A stretch of 64,000 bases of DNA from assembly GCF_044704955.1 (NCBI RefSeq), contig NW_027251843.1:682001-746000 (forward strand). Reading direction: 5' to 3'. This document shows positions 1 through 12,257 of this stretch, one piece after another; within the stretch, counting starts at the first letter, position 1; each line of letters begins with the position of its first letter. The position numbers were made by a program, and so were the translations under genes. Below the pieces are notes generated by a model that saw only the letters and a program-made list of their open reading frames with translations, was not told the origin of the DNA and made no database searches. The stretch comes from Pristiophorus japonicus (Eukaryota).

Positions 1-2482
1 TACACTCACAATCCTATCAACTCTGGGGTTCTGGGGGCAATTATTTCAGGTCGGGGTCCCTCTGGGGTGGATTTTACGTTGTTGGTCAGTTCGGTTTTAC
101 TCCTCGATGTTGCGTCGGTTGCCTCTCGGTTGGCTCATAGAAACATAGAAAATAGGTGCAGGAGTAGGCCATTCGGCCCTTCGAGCCTGCACCGACATTC
201 AATGAGTTCATGGCTGAACATACAACTTCAGTACCCCATTCCTGCTTTCTCGCCATACCCCATGATCCCCCTAGTAGTAAGGACTACATCTAACTCCTTT
301 TTGAATATATTTAGTGAATTGGCCTCAACAACTTTCTGTGGTAGAGAATTCCATAGCTTCACCACTCTCTGGGTGAAGAAGTTTCTCCTCAACTTGGTCC
401 TAAATGGCTTACCCCTTATCCTTAGACTGTGACCCCTGGTTCTGGACTTCCCCAACATTGGGAACATTCTTCCTGCATCTAACCTGTCTAAACCCGTCAG
501 AATTTTAAACGTGTCAATGAGATTCCCTCTCATTCTTCTGAACTCCAGTGAACACAAGCCCAGTTGATCCAGTTTTTCTTGATATGTCAGTCCCGCCATC
601 CCGGGAATCAGTCTGGTGAACCTTTGCTGCACTCCCTCAATAGCAACAATGTCCTTCCTCAGGTCAGGAGACCTAAACTGTACACAATACTCTAGGTGTG
701 GCCTCACCAAGGCCCTGCACAACTGTAGTACACCTCCCTGCCCCTGTACTCAAATCCCCTCTCTATGAAGGCCAACATGCCATTTGCTTTCTTAACCGCC
801 TGCTGTACCTGCATGCCAACCTTCAATGACTGACATACCATGACACCCAGGTCTCGTTGCACCTCCCCTTTTCCTAATCTGTCACCATTCAGATAATAGT
901 CTGTCTCTCTGTTTTTACCACCAAAGTGGATAACCTCACATTTATCCACATTATACTTCATCTGCCATGCATTTGCCCATTCACCAAACCTATTCAAGTC
1001 ACTCTGCAGCCTCATAGCATCCTCCTCGCAGCTCACACTGCCACCCAACTTAGTGTCATCCGCAAATTTGGAGATACTACATTTAATCCCCTCGTCTAAA
1101 TCATTAATGTACAATGTAACCAGCTGGGGCCCCAGCACAGAACCTTGCGGTACCCCACTAGTCATTGCCTGCCATTCTGAAAAGTACCCATTTACTCCTA
1201 CTCTTTGCTTCCTGTCTGCCAATGAGTTCTCAATCCATGTCAGCACACTACCCCCAATCCCACGTGCTTTAACTTTGCACATTAATCTCTTGTGTGGGAC
1301 CTTCTGAAAGTCCAAATACACCACATCAACTGGTTCTTCCTTGTCCACTCTCCTGGAAACATCCTCAAAAAAATTCCAGAAGATTTGTCAAGCATGATTT
1401 CCCTTTGACAAATCCATGCTGACTTGGACCTATCATGTCACCTCTTTCTAAATGCGCTGCTATGACATCCTTAAGAATTGATTCCATCATTTTACCCAGT
1501 ACCGATACCAGGCTGACCGATCTATAATTCCCTGTTTTCTATTTCCCTTCTTTTTTAAAAAGTGGGGTTGCATTGGCTACCCTCCACTCCATAGGAACTG
1601 ATCCAGACTCTATGGAATGTTGGAAAATGACTGTCAATGCATCCACTATTTCCAAGGCCACCTCCTTAAGTACCCTGGGATGCAGACCAACAGGCTCTGG
1701 TGATTTATCGGCCTTCAATCCCATCAATTTCCCCAACACAATTTCCCGACTAATAAGGATTTCCCTCAGTTCCTCCTTCTTACTAGACCCTCTGACCCCT
1801 TTTATATCCGGAAGGTTGTTTGTGTCCGCCTTAGTGATTAACGAACCAAAGTACTTGTTCAATTTGTCTGCCATTTCTTTGTTCCCCATTATGATGTCCC
1901 CTGATTCTGACTGCAGGGAACTTACGTTTGTCTTGACTAACCTTTTTCTCTTTACATATCAATAGAAGCTTTTGCAATCCGTCTTAATGTTCCCTGCAAG
2001 CTTCCTCTCGTACTCCATTTTCCCTGCCCTAATCAAACCCTATGTCCTCCTCTGCTGAGTTCTAAATTTCTCCCAGTCCCTAGGTTCGCTGCTATTTCTG
2101 GCCAATTTGTATGCCTCTTCTTTGGCTTTAATACTATCCCTGATTTCCCTTGATAGCCACGGTTGAGCCACCTTCCCTTTTTTATTTTTACACCAGACAG
2201 GGATGTATAATTGCTGTAGTTCATCCATGCAGTCTCTAAATGTCTGCCATTGCCCATCCACTGTCAACCCATTAAGTATCATTCGCCAATCTATCCTAGC
2301 CAATTCACGCCTCATACCTTCAAAGTTACCCTTCTTTACGTTCTGGACCATGGTCTTTGAATTAACTGTTTCTTTCTAGAAACATAGAAACATAGAAACA
2401 TAGAAAATAGGTGCAGGAGCAGGCCATTCAGCCCTTCTAGCCTGCACCGCCATTCAATGAGTTCATGGCTGAACATGAAACT

Positions 2483-5388
2483 TCAGTACCCCCTTCCTGC
2501 TTTCTCGCCATAACCCTTGATCCCCCGAGTAGTAAGGACTTCATCTAACTCCCTTTTGAATATATTTAGTGAATTGGACTCAACTACTTTCTGTGGTAGA
2601 GAATTCCACAGGTTCACCACTCTCTGGGTGAAGAAGTTTCTCCTCATCTCGGTCCTAAATGGCTTACCCCTTATCCTTAGACTGTGTCCCCTGGTTCTGG
2701 ACTTCCCCAACATTGGGAACATTCTTTCTGCATCTAACCTGTCTAAACCCGTCAGAATTTTAAATGTTTCTATGAGGTCCCCTCTCATTCTTCTGAACTC
2801 CAGTGAATACAAGCCCAGTTGATCCAATCTTTCTTGATAGGTCAGTCCCGCCATCCCGGGAATCAACCTGGTGAACCTTCGCTGCACTCCCTCAATAGCA
2901 AGAACGTCCTTCCTCAAGTTAGGAGACCAAAACTGTACACAATACTCCAGGTGTGGCCTCACCAAGGCCCTGTACAACTGTAGCAACACCTCCCTGCCCC
3001 TGTACTCAAATCCCCTCGCTATGAAGGCCAACATGCCATTTGCTTTCTTAACCGCCTGCTGTACCTGCATGCTAACCTTCAATGACTGATGTACCATGAC
3101 ACCCAGGTCTCGTTGCACTTCCCTTTTCCTAATCTGTCACCATTCAGATAATAGTCTGTCTCTCTGTTTTTACCACCAAAGTGGATAACCTCACATTTAT
3201 CCACATTATACTTCATCTGCCATGCATTTGCCCACTCACCTAACCTATCCAAGTCACTCTGCAGCCTAATAGCATCCTCCTCGCAGCTCACACTGCCACC
3301 CAACTTAGTATCATCCGCAAATTTGGAGATACTGCATTTAATCCCCTCGTCTAAATCATTAATGTACAATGTAAACAGCTGGGGCCCCAGCACAGAACCT
3401 TGCGGCACTCCACTAGTCACTGCCTGCCATTCTGAAAAGTACCCGTTTACTCCTACTCTTTGCTTCCTGTCTGACAACCAGTTCTCAATCCACGTCAGCA
3501 CACTACCCCCAATCCCATGTGCTTTAACTTTGCACATTAATCTCTTGTGTGGGACCTTGTCGAAAGCCTTCTGAAAGTCCAAATATACCACATCAACTGG
3601 TTCTCCTTTGTCCACTTTACTGGAAACATCCTCAAAAAATTCCAGAAGATTTGTCAAGCATGATTTCCCTTTCACAAATCCATGCTGACTTGGACCTATC
3701 ATGTCACCATTTTCCAGATGCACTGCTATGACATCCTTAATAATTGATTCCATCATTTTACCCACGACTGAGGTCAGGCTGACCGGTCTATAATTCCCTG
3801 TTTTCTCTCTCCCTCCTTTTTTAAAAAGTGGGGTTACATTGGCTCCCCTCCACTCCATAGGAACTGATCCAGAGTCAATGGAATGTTGGAAAATGACTGT
3901 CAATGCATCCGCTATTTCCAAGGCCACCTCCTTAAGTACTCTAGGATGCAGTCCATCAGGCCCTGGGGATTTATCGGCCTTCAATCCCATCAATTTCCCC
4001 AACACAATTTCCCGACTAATAAAGATTTCCCTCAGTTCCCCCTCCTTACTAGACCCTCTGACCCCTTTTATATCCGGAAGGTTGTTTGTATCCTCCTTAG
4101 TGAATACCGAACCAAAGTACTTGTTCAATTGGTCTGCCATTTCTTTGTTCCCCGTTATGACTTCCCCTGATTCTGACTGCAGGGGACCTACGTTTGTCTT
4201 CACCAACCTTTTTCTCTTTACATACCTATAGAAACTTTTGCAATCCGCCTTAATGTTCCCTGCAAGCTTCTTCTCGTACTCCATTTTCCCTGCCCTAATC
4301 AAACCCTTTGTCCTCCTCTGCTGAGTTCTAAATTTCTCCCAGTCCCCAGGTTCGCTGCTATTTCTGGCCAATTTGTATGCCACTTCCTTGGCTTTAATAC
4401 TATCCCTGATTTCCCTAGATAGCCACGGTTGAGCCACCTTCCCTTTTTTATTTTTACGCCAGACAGGAATGTACAATTGTTGTAATTCATCCATGCGGTC
4501 TCTAAATGTCTGCCATTGCCCATCCACAGTCAACCCCCTAAGTATCATTCGCCAATCTATCCTAGCCAATTCACGCCTCATACCTTCAAAGTTACCCTTC
4601 TTTAAGTTCTGGACCATGGTCTCTGAAATTACTGTTTCATTCTCCATCCTAATGCAGAATTCCACCATATTATGGTCACTCTTCCCCAAGGGGCCTCGCA
4701 CAATGAGATTGCTAATTAATCCTCTCTCATTGCACAACACCCAGTCTAAGATGGCCTCCCCCCTAGTTGGTTCCTCAACATATTGGTCTAGAAAACCATC
4801 CCTTATGCACTCCAGGAAATCCTCCTCCACCGTATTGCTTCCAGTTTGGCTAGCCCAATCTATGTGCATATTAAAGTCACCTATTATAACTGCTACACCT
4901 TTATTGCATGCACCCCTAATTTCCTGTTTGATGCCCTCCCCAACATCCCTATTACTGTTTGGAGGTCTGTACACAACTCCTACTAACGTTTTTTGCCCTT
5001 TGGTGTTCTGCAGCTCTACCCATATAGATTCCACATCATCCAAGCTGATGTCTTTCCTAACTATAGCATTAATCTCCTCTTTAACCAGCAATGCTACCCC
5101 ACCTCCTTTTCCTTTTATTCTATCCTTCCTGAATGTTGAATACCCCTGAATGTTGAGTTCCCAGCCCTGATCATCCTGGAGCCACGTCTCCGTAATCCCA
5201 ATCACATCATATTTGTTAACATCTATTTGCACAATTAATTCATCCACCTTATTGCGGATACTCCTTGCATTAAGACACAAAGCCTTCAGGCTTGTTTTAT
5301 TAACACCCTTTGTCCTTTTAGAATTTTGCTGTACAGTGGCCCTTTTTGTTCTTTGCCTTGGGTTTCTCTGCCCTCCACTTTTCCTCAT
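2483..5388 (-). pseudogene. CR1 ORF2 (APE endonuclease + reverse transcriptase), one frameshift near 3120
   Basis: ORFs 3079-5388 and 2483-3118: [29 protein letters not shown]. Compared with sister copies, 1 bp is missing in GCACTTCCCTTTTCC. Confidence 0.95.
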
Positions 5389-5465
5389 CTCCTTTCTGTC
5401 TTTTGCTTTTGTCTCCTTTTTGTTTCCCTCTGTCTCCCTGCATTGGTTCCCATCCCCCTGCCATA

Positions 5466-6428
5466 TTAGTTTAAATCCTCCCCAACAGCACTAGCAAACA
5501 CTCCTCCTAGGACATTGGTTCCTAGGACATTGGTTCCGGTCCTGCCCAGGTGCAGACCGTCAGGTTTGTACTGGTCCCACCTCCCCCAGAACCGGTTCCA
5601 ATGCCCCAGGAATTTGAATCCCTCCCTGCTGCACCACTGCTCAAGCCACGTATTCATCTGCGCTATCCTGCGATTCCTACTCTGACTATCACGTGGCACT
5701 GGTAGCAATCCCGAGATTACTACTTTTGAGGTCCTACTTTTTAATTTAGCTCCTAGCTCCTTAAATTCGTTTCGTAGGACCTAATCCCTTTTTTTACCTA
5801 TGTCGTTGGTACCAATGTGCAGCACAACAACTGGCTGTTCTCCCTCCCATTTCAGAATGTCCTGCACCCGCTCCGAGACATCCTTGACCCTTGCACCAGG
5901 GAGGCAACATACCATCCTGGAGTCTCGGTTGCGGCCGCAGAAACGCCTATCTATTCCCCTCACAATTGAATCCCCTATCACTATCGCTCTCCCACTCTTT
6001 TTCTTGCCCTCCTGTGCAGCAGAGCCAGCCACGGTGCCATGAACTTGGCTGCTGCTGCCCTCCCCTGATGAGTCATCTCCCTCAACAGTACCCAAAGCGG
6101 TGTATCTGTTTTGCAGGGGGATGACCACAGGGGACCCCTGCACTACCTTCCTTGCACTACTCTTTCTGCTGGTCTTCCATTCCCTATCTGGCTGTGGACC
6201 CTTTCCCTGCGGTAAGACCAACTCACTACACGTGCTACTCACGTCATTCTCAGCATCGTGGATGCTCCAGAGTAAATCCACCCTCAGCTCCAATTCCGCA
6301 ACGCGGACCATCAGGAGCCGGAGGTGGACACACTTCCCGCACACGTAGTCGTCAGGGACACCGGAAGTGTCCCTGAGTTCCCACATGGTACAGGAGGAGC
6401 ATAACACCCGACCGAGCTCTCCTGCCAT
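5466..6428 (-). pseudogene. CR1 ORF1 (zinc finger/leucine zipper + SGNH esterase), disrupted
   Basis: CSSC..CGKC, heptad Leu, GDSIVR, HIGTND, DGLHL; premature stop near 5781 and a 15-bp duplication at about 5506-5535. Confidence 0.9.
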
Positions 6429-6595
6429 GTCTTAACCCTTAGATACACTTAAACTGGTAATAACAATGTTAAAAGTTACTGACCAATATAAGAAGAAAAA
6501 GAAAAACTACTCACCAATCACCAGCCAATCACTTACCCCCTAGGCTGTGACGTCACCTTTGTATCTTTGCCTTCTCCCTGTAGCTGCACCGGCAC

Positions 6596-6917
6596 GCCTC
6601 TCGCCGACCCCGGACTCGCGCTGCTCCGAGCTCCCGCCTCCTCGACTGAATGCTCGAACTGCTCGACTCCCGCTGGCCTTTATAGGCCTCTCGCCGACCC
6701 CGGACTCGCGCTGCTCCGAGCTCCCGCCTCCTCGACTGAATGCTCGAACTGCTCGACCCCCGCTGGCCTTTATAGGCCTCTCGCCGACCCCGGACTCGCG
6801 CTGCTCCGAGCTCCCGCCTCCTCGACTGACTGCTCGAACTGCTCGACTCCCGCTGGCCTTTATAGGCCTCTCGCCGACCCCGGACTCGCGCTGCTCCGAG
6901 CTCCCGCCTCCTCGACT
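6596..6917 (-). repeat. CR1 5' UTR array, 90-bp monomer x about 3.6
   Basis: TCGCCGACCC recurs at 6601, 6691, 6781 and 6871. Confidence 0.95.
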
Positions 6918-7204
6918 AATGTAGAATTCCTCCAAATTATGGTCACTCTTCCCCAAGGGGCCTCGCACAACGAGATTGCTAATTAATCCTCTCTCATTGC
7001 ACAACATCCAGTCTAAGATGGCCTCCCCCCTAGTTGGTTCCTTAACATATTGGTCTAGAAAACCATCCCTTATGCACTCCAGGAAATCCTCCTCCACCGT
7101 ATTGCTTCCAGTTTGTTTAGCCCAATCTATGTGCATATTAAAGTCACCCATAATAATTGCTGCACCTTTATTGCATGCACCCCTAATTTCCTGTTTGATG
7201 CCCA

Positions 7205-8061
7205 CCCAAGCAAAAAGCTGATGGAGTTAAGCACACTTTCCCCAGAGCGAGGGCCCTGTGAAGAGCTGACTCAACTCCCCTTTAACTCAACTCATCCACA
7301 ACGAAAACTGACTCCCACCTTCTTAACTCAACTCTACAACTCAATGCAAAAGCTGACTCCAACCTCCAACCTCCAAAACCTCCAACCTCCAACCCCCAAC
7401 CTCCAACACCTCCAACCTCCCACCCCAACCTCCAACAACCCTTGTGTGTTTTTGCAGCTTTTCTTATAGTCTGTTCATCTTCGCGCCAAAACTGTATGCC
7501 ATTGTCTTGGGTCTTCCTTGAATAAAATGGGGTGTGAATGGCAGTTCGATGTGTATCGATCTGTCTGGAATGGGAGATTAGCCACACCTCCTGTATCCTG
7601 TCGCTCGCTGATGGGGTGAATGAAGATGATTGTTAACTATCTTGACAGATGTGCCACTCTGTCTGAGCTGGCCAAAATGATTGCATCAGACCTGTGGGCC
7701 TTTGTTTAATTATTCAACTGATAACCATTCTGTTGCCTTGTGTATTACTTACTGGGGAGGTTTTGCCTGGACATGTTGCCTCTTCTGTGAGGTTTTTACA
7801 CAAAAAGCTGGAGAAATGTCCTTTCAAAATATAAAGTTGCCTTGTATCCATTTTCCTGGAAGAACAGAATGTACACTCCTCTCCCCCCACCGTAGCTGGC
7901 TCATCCCCCGTCCGGTTCCGTGTTGGTACTGTACAGGGTGGCCAGAGTCCCATCATCCTCCGCGGTTTACAGGCTGTTGGCTGCAGTTGGTCATTTTAAA
8001 CAAGGCATCTTCCCATTCTCCCTGCCACATGTCTCCGTGGTTGGTTTTGCAGAACCTTACA
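7205..8061 (-). mobile_element. Probable LTR of an LTR retroelement, interrupted by CR1 (may continue at 1-135)
   Basis: Begins TGTAAGG on the minus strand; TATAAGAAAA near 7465; the same start follows a PPT-like AACGGGGGAC at 8267-8276. Confidence 0.55.
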
Positions 8062-8351
8062 TATGTACTATAATGAATTTGGTGAAGGGTATTGGTTGAG
8101 AAACATTTTTACATTTTCAGTATTGTATTGATTCCAAATGTATGAATACCATTGGTGTATTTTAATGTTTTATCGTGGGTTTAGGTATGATTTGGGGAAG
8201 ATTGGCTCTGTGAGAGGGAAAAGGTTTTGCTTCACATTTTGAAAACATCCTGAGACAGAGTGTTTTAACGGGGGACTGTAAGGTTCTGCAAAACCAACCA
8301 CGGAGACATGTGGCAGGGAGAATGGGAAGATGCCATGTTTAAAATGACCAA
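7987..8351. repeat. 75-bp inverted repeat (7987-8061 / 8277-8351), 215-bp spacer
   Basis: Direct comparison gives 74/75 identical. Confidence 0.95.
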
Positions 8352-8635
8352 TTCGACCAGCAACACAGGACGTTACCTCAGTGCCCGGTCCACTTTCCCC
8401 ATCCACTTACCACATTCTTACAGGTAAACGGGCTCAACACCGGCCCTCGGCCGATGAAATGTCTCCCCTCTACACCACAGGCTGTCCGTCATCTGTTCCC
8501 CATCTCATTCCTGAAGGCACTACCTCTGGCTGGGGCACAGCTCCCCTCCCCACGTGGGCTCACTGTCCCAGTGTGAGCCCAGAGACTGAGCTCCGCAAGT
8601 GGGCTCACTGTTCCAGTGTGAGCCCAGAGACTGAG

Positions 8636-8995
8636 CCCTATAGGTTACGGCACTTCAAGTGTACATCCAAGTACTTCTTAAATGTGGTGAGGGTTTCTGC
8701 CTCTACCACCCTTTCAGGCAGTGAGTTCCAGACCCCCACCACCCTCTGGGTGAAGACATTTCCCCTCAAATACCCACATAAACATTCCACTAATTACTTT
8801 AAATCTATGCCATGGTTGTTCACCAGTCTGCTAAGGGAAATAGAGCCTTCCTATCCACTCTATATTGGCCCCTCATAATTTTATACACCTCAATAAGGTC
8901 TCCCTCAGCCTCCTCTGTTCCACGGAAAGCACTACAGCAGATCCAATCTTTCCTAATTGCTAAAATTTTCCAATCCAGGCAACATCCTCGTAAAT
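8636..8995 (-). mobile_element. Older CR1 3' fragment
   Basis: GDLIEVYKIMRG and FTQRVVGVWNSL-type coding. Confidence 0.85.
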
Positions 8996-9222
8996 CTGCC
9001 TGTGTGCAATTGGTTGTAAAGCACCTTGGGGCGTCCTGAGGCTGCAAAAGGCGCTATATAAATTCAAGGCTTTCTTTCATTGAAGTGGGTGGGCCCTGAT
9101 CCTGACCCTCGCCCATTGTCCGCGCACTCTGACCTTCCAGGAGGTCACAGGATCATTGGGAGCAGTGACCCTGCCTGACCCCGGTACACTGAGGCTAATT
9201 GTATCCTCACCCTGGGCCTCAC

Positions 9223-9420
9223 GTGGGTGGGGTGGCTTGACCCATCCACCTCCATGGCACGAACCTGGTATTGCAGTACTTCCAGGAATGGTGCTTGGGC
9301 TCTAGGCCTTTTGGCTAAGAGCATTAGCGCAGGGTGATCCTTGATGTGTGCAAGGTGACCTCTGGCGTTTGTGATCTGACAAAGAATTGGAAAGATTGGC
9401 GACGAAAAATTTTAAAAAAA
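9223..9420 (+). mobile_element. U2 snRNA-derived retroposon (SINEU-like), permuted U2 segments
   Basis: U2 SLIII/IV (ACCTGGTATTGCAGTACTTCCAGGAATGGTGC, 9263-9294) followed by U2 stem I (GGCCTTTTGGCTAAGA, 9305-9320); A-rich tail; TSD GGCCTCAC at 9215-9222 and 9421-9428. Confidence 0.85.
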
Positions 9421-9754
9421 GGCCTCACCCGGTGCTGGGCCGCAAGCTTTTAAATGCAATCTAGAAGCTTCTACACCGACACCCAACATGAAGCCTTGCT
9501 GAAGTGTGTTTATACAAGTGTGCCGCAATATTCCCGGATAAAGTTCTCCCGATCTGTGTGTGATCTGAGCTTTCTCACTGCTGAGCCTGTTTCCCCTGTA
9601 TCCACCCAGCAACAGTTCGAGCTTCCTGCCAGTGAACAGCGTCTTAACGGGACACTCAGTCTTTACCGACTCTTACTGTTAACCATTTCAGTGCTGAATG
9701 TGTGCCAACCCTGCACTGCAGATGTTTATACAACAGTCCAATATGATTTTGAGT

Positions 9755-10210
9755 ATCAGCTGTGGCTCAGTGCGTTGCACTCTCGCCTCTGAGTCAGAAG
9801 GTTGTGGGTTCAAGTCCCACTCCAAGGACTTGAGCACAAGAATCTACGCTGACACTCCAGTGCAGTGCTGAGGGAGTACTGCACTGTTGGAGGTGCCGTC
9901 TTTCAGATGAGACATTAAACCGAGGCCCTGTCTGCCCTCTCAGGTGGATGTAAAAGATCCCATGCCACTATTTCAAAGAAGAGCAGCGGAGTTCTCCCCG
10001 GTGTCCTGGTCAATATTTATCCCTCAACCAACATAACAGAAGAACAGATTATCAGGTCGTTATCACATCGATGTTTGTGGGAGCTTGCTGTGCGCAGATT
10101 GGCTGCTGTGTTTCCCACATTACAACAGTGACTATACTTCATTGGCTGTAAAGCACTTTGAGATGTCTGCTGGTTTTGAAAAGCGCGATATAAATGAAAG
10201 ACTTTTTTTT
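9755..10210 (+). mobile_element. tRNA-derived DeuSINE (SacSINE1-like)
   Basis: A box TGGCTCAGTG, B box GGTTCAAGTCC, Deu core GGAGGTGCCGTCTTTCAGATGAGACATTAAACCGAGG, LINE-like tail. Confidence 0.85.
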
Positions 10211-10474
10211 TAATCACTTTAAGATCAAACGCATTTATATTTAGATTAAACTTATCAAGTGAGGCAAAGAAGATTAAGAATTAGTGATGCTCGTCTCGAA
10301 TAGTTAATCGCCAGCCAGGAGTTCATTAACCCAGCTCTCCGTTTTCAGTTGTGAATTATCCCCACACGGAAACAGCCACAGTGACAGACGCATACATGCA
10401 ACACACGCAACACACACACACACAAACACACACACTAATATACACCTATTAAGCATCTTTCTCCTCCCTTTCAG

Positions 10475-10803
10475 GCCGAGGGAAGACACCACCCACGCTG
10501 ACCCTGCTGCCCCCCTCCACGGAGGAGGTCACGACCAAGGGCACTGCCACCCTGGTGTGCCTCGCCGATCACTTCTACCCCGATGCGGTGGGGGTGGAGT
10601 GGAAGAAGGACGGGGCGACCATTTCGGCCGGGGTCCAGACCAGCGACTACCTGCGAGCTTCGGACAACACCTACAGTGTCAGCAGCCTGCTGACCCTCTC
10701 TGGCTCCGACTGGGAGTCCAACGCCAGCTTCTCCTGCAGCCTCACCCACGAGAGCCTCTCCTCTCCCCTCAGCAAGGGAGTCAGGAGAGCAGAATGTGCG
10801 TAG
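10475..10803 (+). CDS. IGKC: Immunoglobulin kappa (shark type III/NS4-like) light-chain constant exon
   Basis: Polypyrimidine acceptor CTCCCTTTCAG at 10474, phase 1. Open C1-set domain: TLLPPS..KGTATLVCLADHFYP..EWKKDG..SDNTYSVSSLLTLSGSDWESNASFSC..H..RRAECA*. Closely resembles recalled nurse shark NS4 C. Confidence 0.93.
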
Positions 10804-11233
10804 TGTGTCAGGGACAGTCCGCGGGGGAGACGCAACTTTAAATAGAACAGGGGGTGAGCCGGGAGGGCAAAGGTCATTGTCAGCACTGCATTTCTACTCT
10901 CTTCCTTCTCGGGACTGGGTCAGGGAAAGCATCTGAGGGTCAGGGGGTAAGGCACGTTATTGGGGCAGTGTTGAGGGAGTTTTACTCTGTTTATAACCCG
11001 TGCTGTACCTGCCCTGGGAGTGTTTGATGGGACAGTGTTGATTCGTGCTGCCAAGTAAAACCTCTCGAAGATGCTGAAGACTGTCAGCAGAGTAAAACTA
11101 ATGTTAAACTGCGAAGTGCCGCTTCAGTAAGCAGACCCCCTCCATGCTCACCCTGCTGTTACAATTCAAGATTGTGTCCCCGTTTAAAGGGGCAGGATTC
11201 TCACGGTGTGGAGAAAATCCCCACAACTGTTTT

Positions 11234-11334
11234 AATAAAGCTGCATTCTCCCTGTGAATGTCTCCAGCTCGCTCTCGCTGGGCTGTTTATTCAAGTCTTG
11301 TTTCTGTAAATGTGAATCTGTAAAAGGCAATAAA
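11234..11334 (+). terminator. Candidate polyadenylation signals of the kappa transcript
   Basis: AATAAA at 11234-11239 and 11329-11334; GT-rich sequence follows the second. Confidence 0.6.
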
Positions 11335-11834
11335 CGTGAATAATATTCAGTCTGTGTCTGGCGAGTGCTTTGGAAATGTCCCACCTCCCCCTCAGCTGGA
11401 TTGGCTGCATTTCAGTAAGTGTCTGTCCTGATTGGCTGGGTGTGCTGTCAATCAATGGCACATCAGCAGGAGATTTGATTCAAAGCCAATTTTTCAATCA
11501 TTTTAAAACGATCGATTTTAGCTCGAACCCCTGGAGTGCACAAGATTAAACACAGAGGCACTAAAAGCTGCTGGGATTAAACTCTCCCAGTCTGAGCATT
11601 GGCTCTCACTTTGCACACTGGGGGTGTTGGGGCAGCCCCCGATGGTGGGATCGCACTGTGCACTCTGTGCTGACTGCTGGGGGCAATCTGGGGGCAGGAG
11701 GCCACAGTCACAACGTTGCATTCTCTCTCCTTAACGTGTGGCTCGTGGCAGCAGCACAAAACTGTACCGAGTGAGGCCTCAGCTTAGGGAGAGGAGCAGT
11801 CAGTGTATCACCGTGTACATGTCCCTGAGTGTTA

Positions 11835-12075
11835 GTGTGGCTTACCCAGCACCGCCTGTAGGTGTGTGTGTGTGTGTGTGACTGTTCCCCAGCACCGTCT
11901 GTAGGTGTGTGTGTGTTGTGTGTGTGACTGTTCCCCAGCACCGTCTGTAGGTGTGTGTGTGTTGTGTGTGAGACTGTTACCCAGCACCGCCTGTAGGTGT
12001 GTAAGTGCGTGTGTGTGTGTGACTGTTACCCAGCACTGACTGTAGGTGTGTGTTAGTGACTGCTACCCAGCACTG
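11835..12075. repeat. GT-rich minisatellite (GACTGTTACCCAGCACCGCCTGTAGGTGTGT)n
   Basis: About 6 units with variable (GT)n spacers. Confidence 0.85.
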
Positions 12076-12257
12076 TTATGTCCGCCTGAGGAGATGCTCC
12101 AGCTCCTGGGGGAGTCGGGGGTCGTTAGGGGGCTGGGGGGAGGAGGGTTGGGGAGCGGGGGGGGCGTGGAGGGTAGACCAAGGGAGTGATCGGGGGCTGA
12201 CCTTGTGGGAACGGGGGGGAACCTGGGCGATCGGGTGTGGGGGTTCTCAGGGGGGGT

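Larger units (their letters stand above)
2377..6917 (-). mobile_element. Full-length young CR1 LINE (copy 2)
   Basis: Octamer tail at 2377, near-intact ORF2, ORF1 and tandem 5' monomers. Confidence 0.97.
136..7204 (-). mobile_element. CR1 LINE copy 1, 5'-truncated and decayed; split into 136-2376 and 6918-7204 by CR1 copy 2
   Basis: (CATAGAAA)n tail at 136; broken RT ORFs ([23 protein letters not shown]). The sequence at 6918 resumes where 2376 stops, with about 5 bp lost. Confidence 0.95.

Noticed and set aside
9223-9420. Functional U2 snRNA gene
   Set aside because: Segments are out of order, the Sm site and branch-recognition sequence are missing, and it has a TSD and A-tail.
11622-11660. 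J-oriented 23-RSS downstream of C-kappa (kappa-deleting-element-like)
   Set aside because: The heptamer CACTGTG is perfect, but the nonamer is 6/9 with the critical A-tract broken, and no J coding follows.
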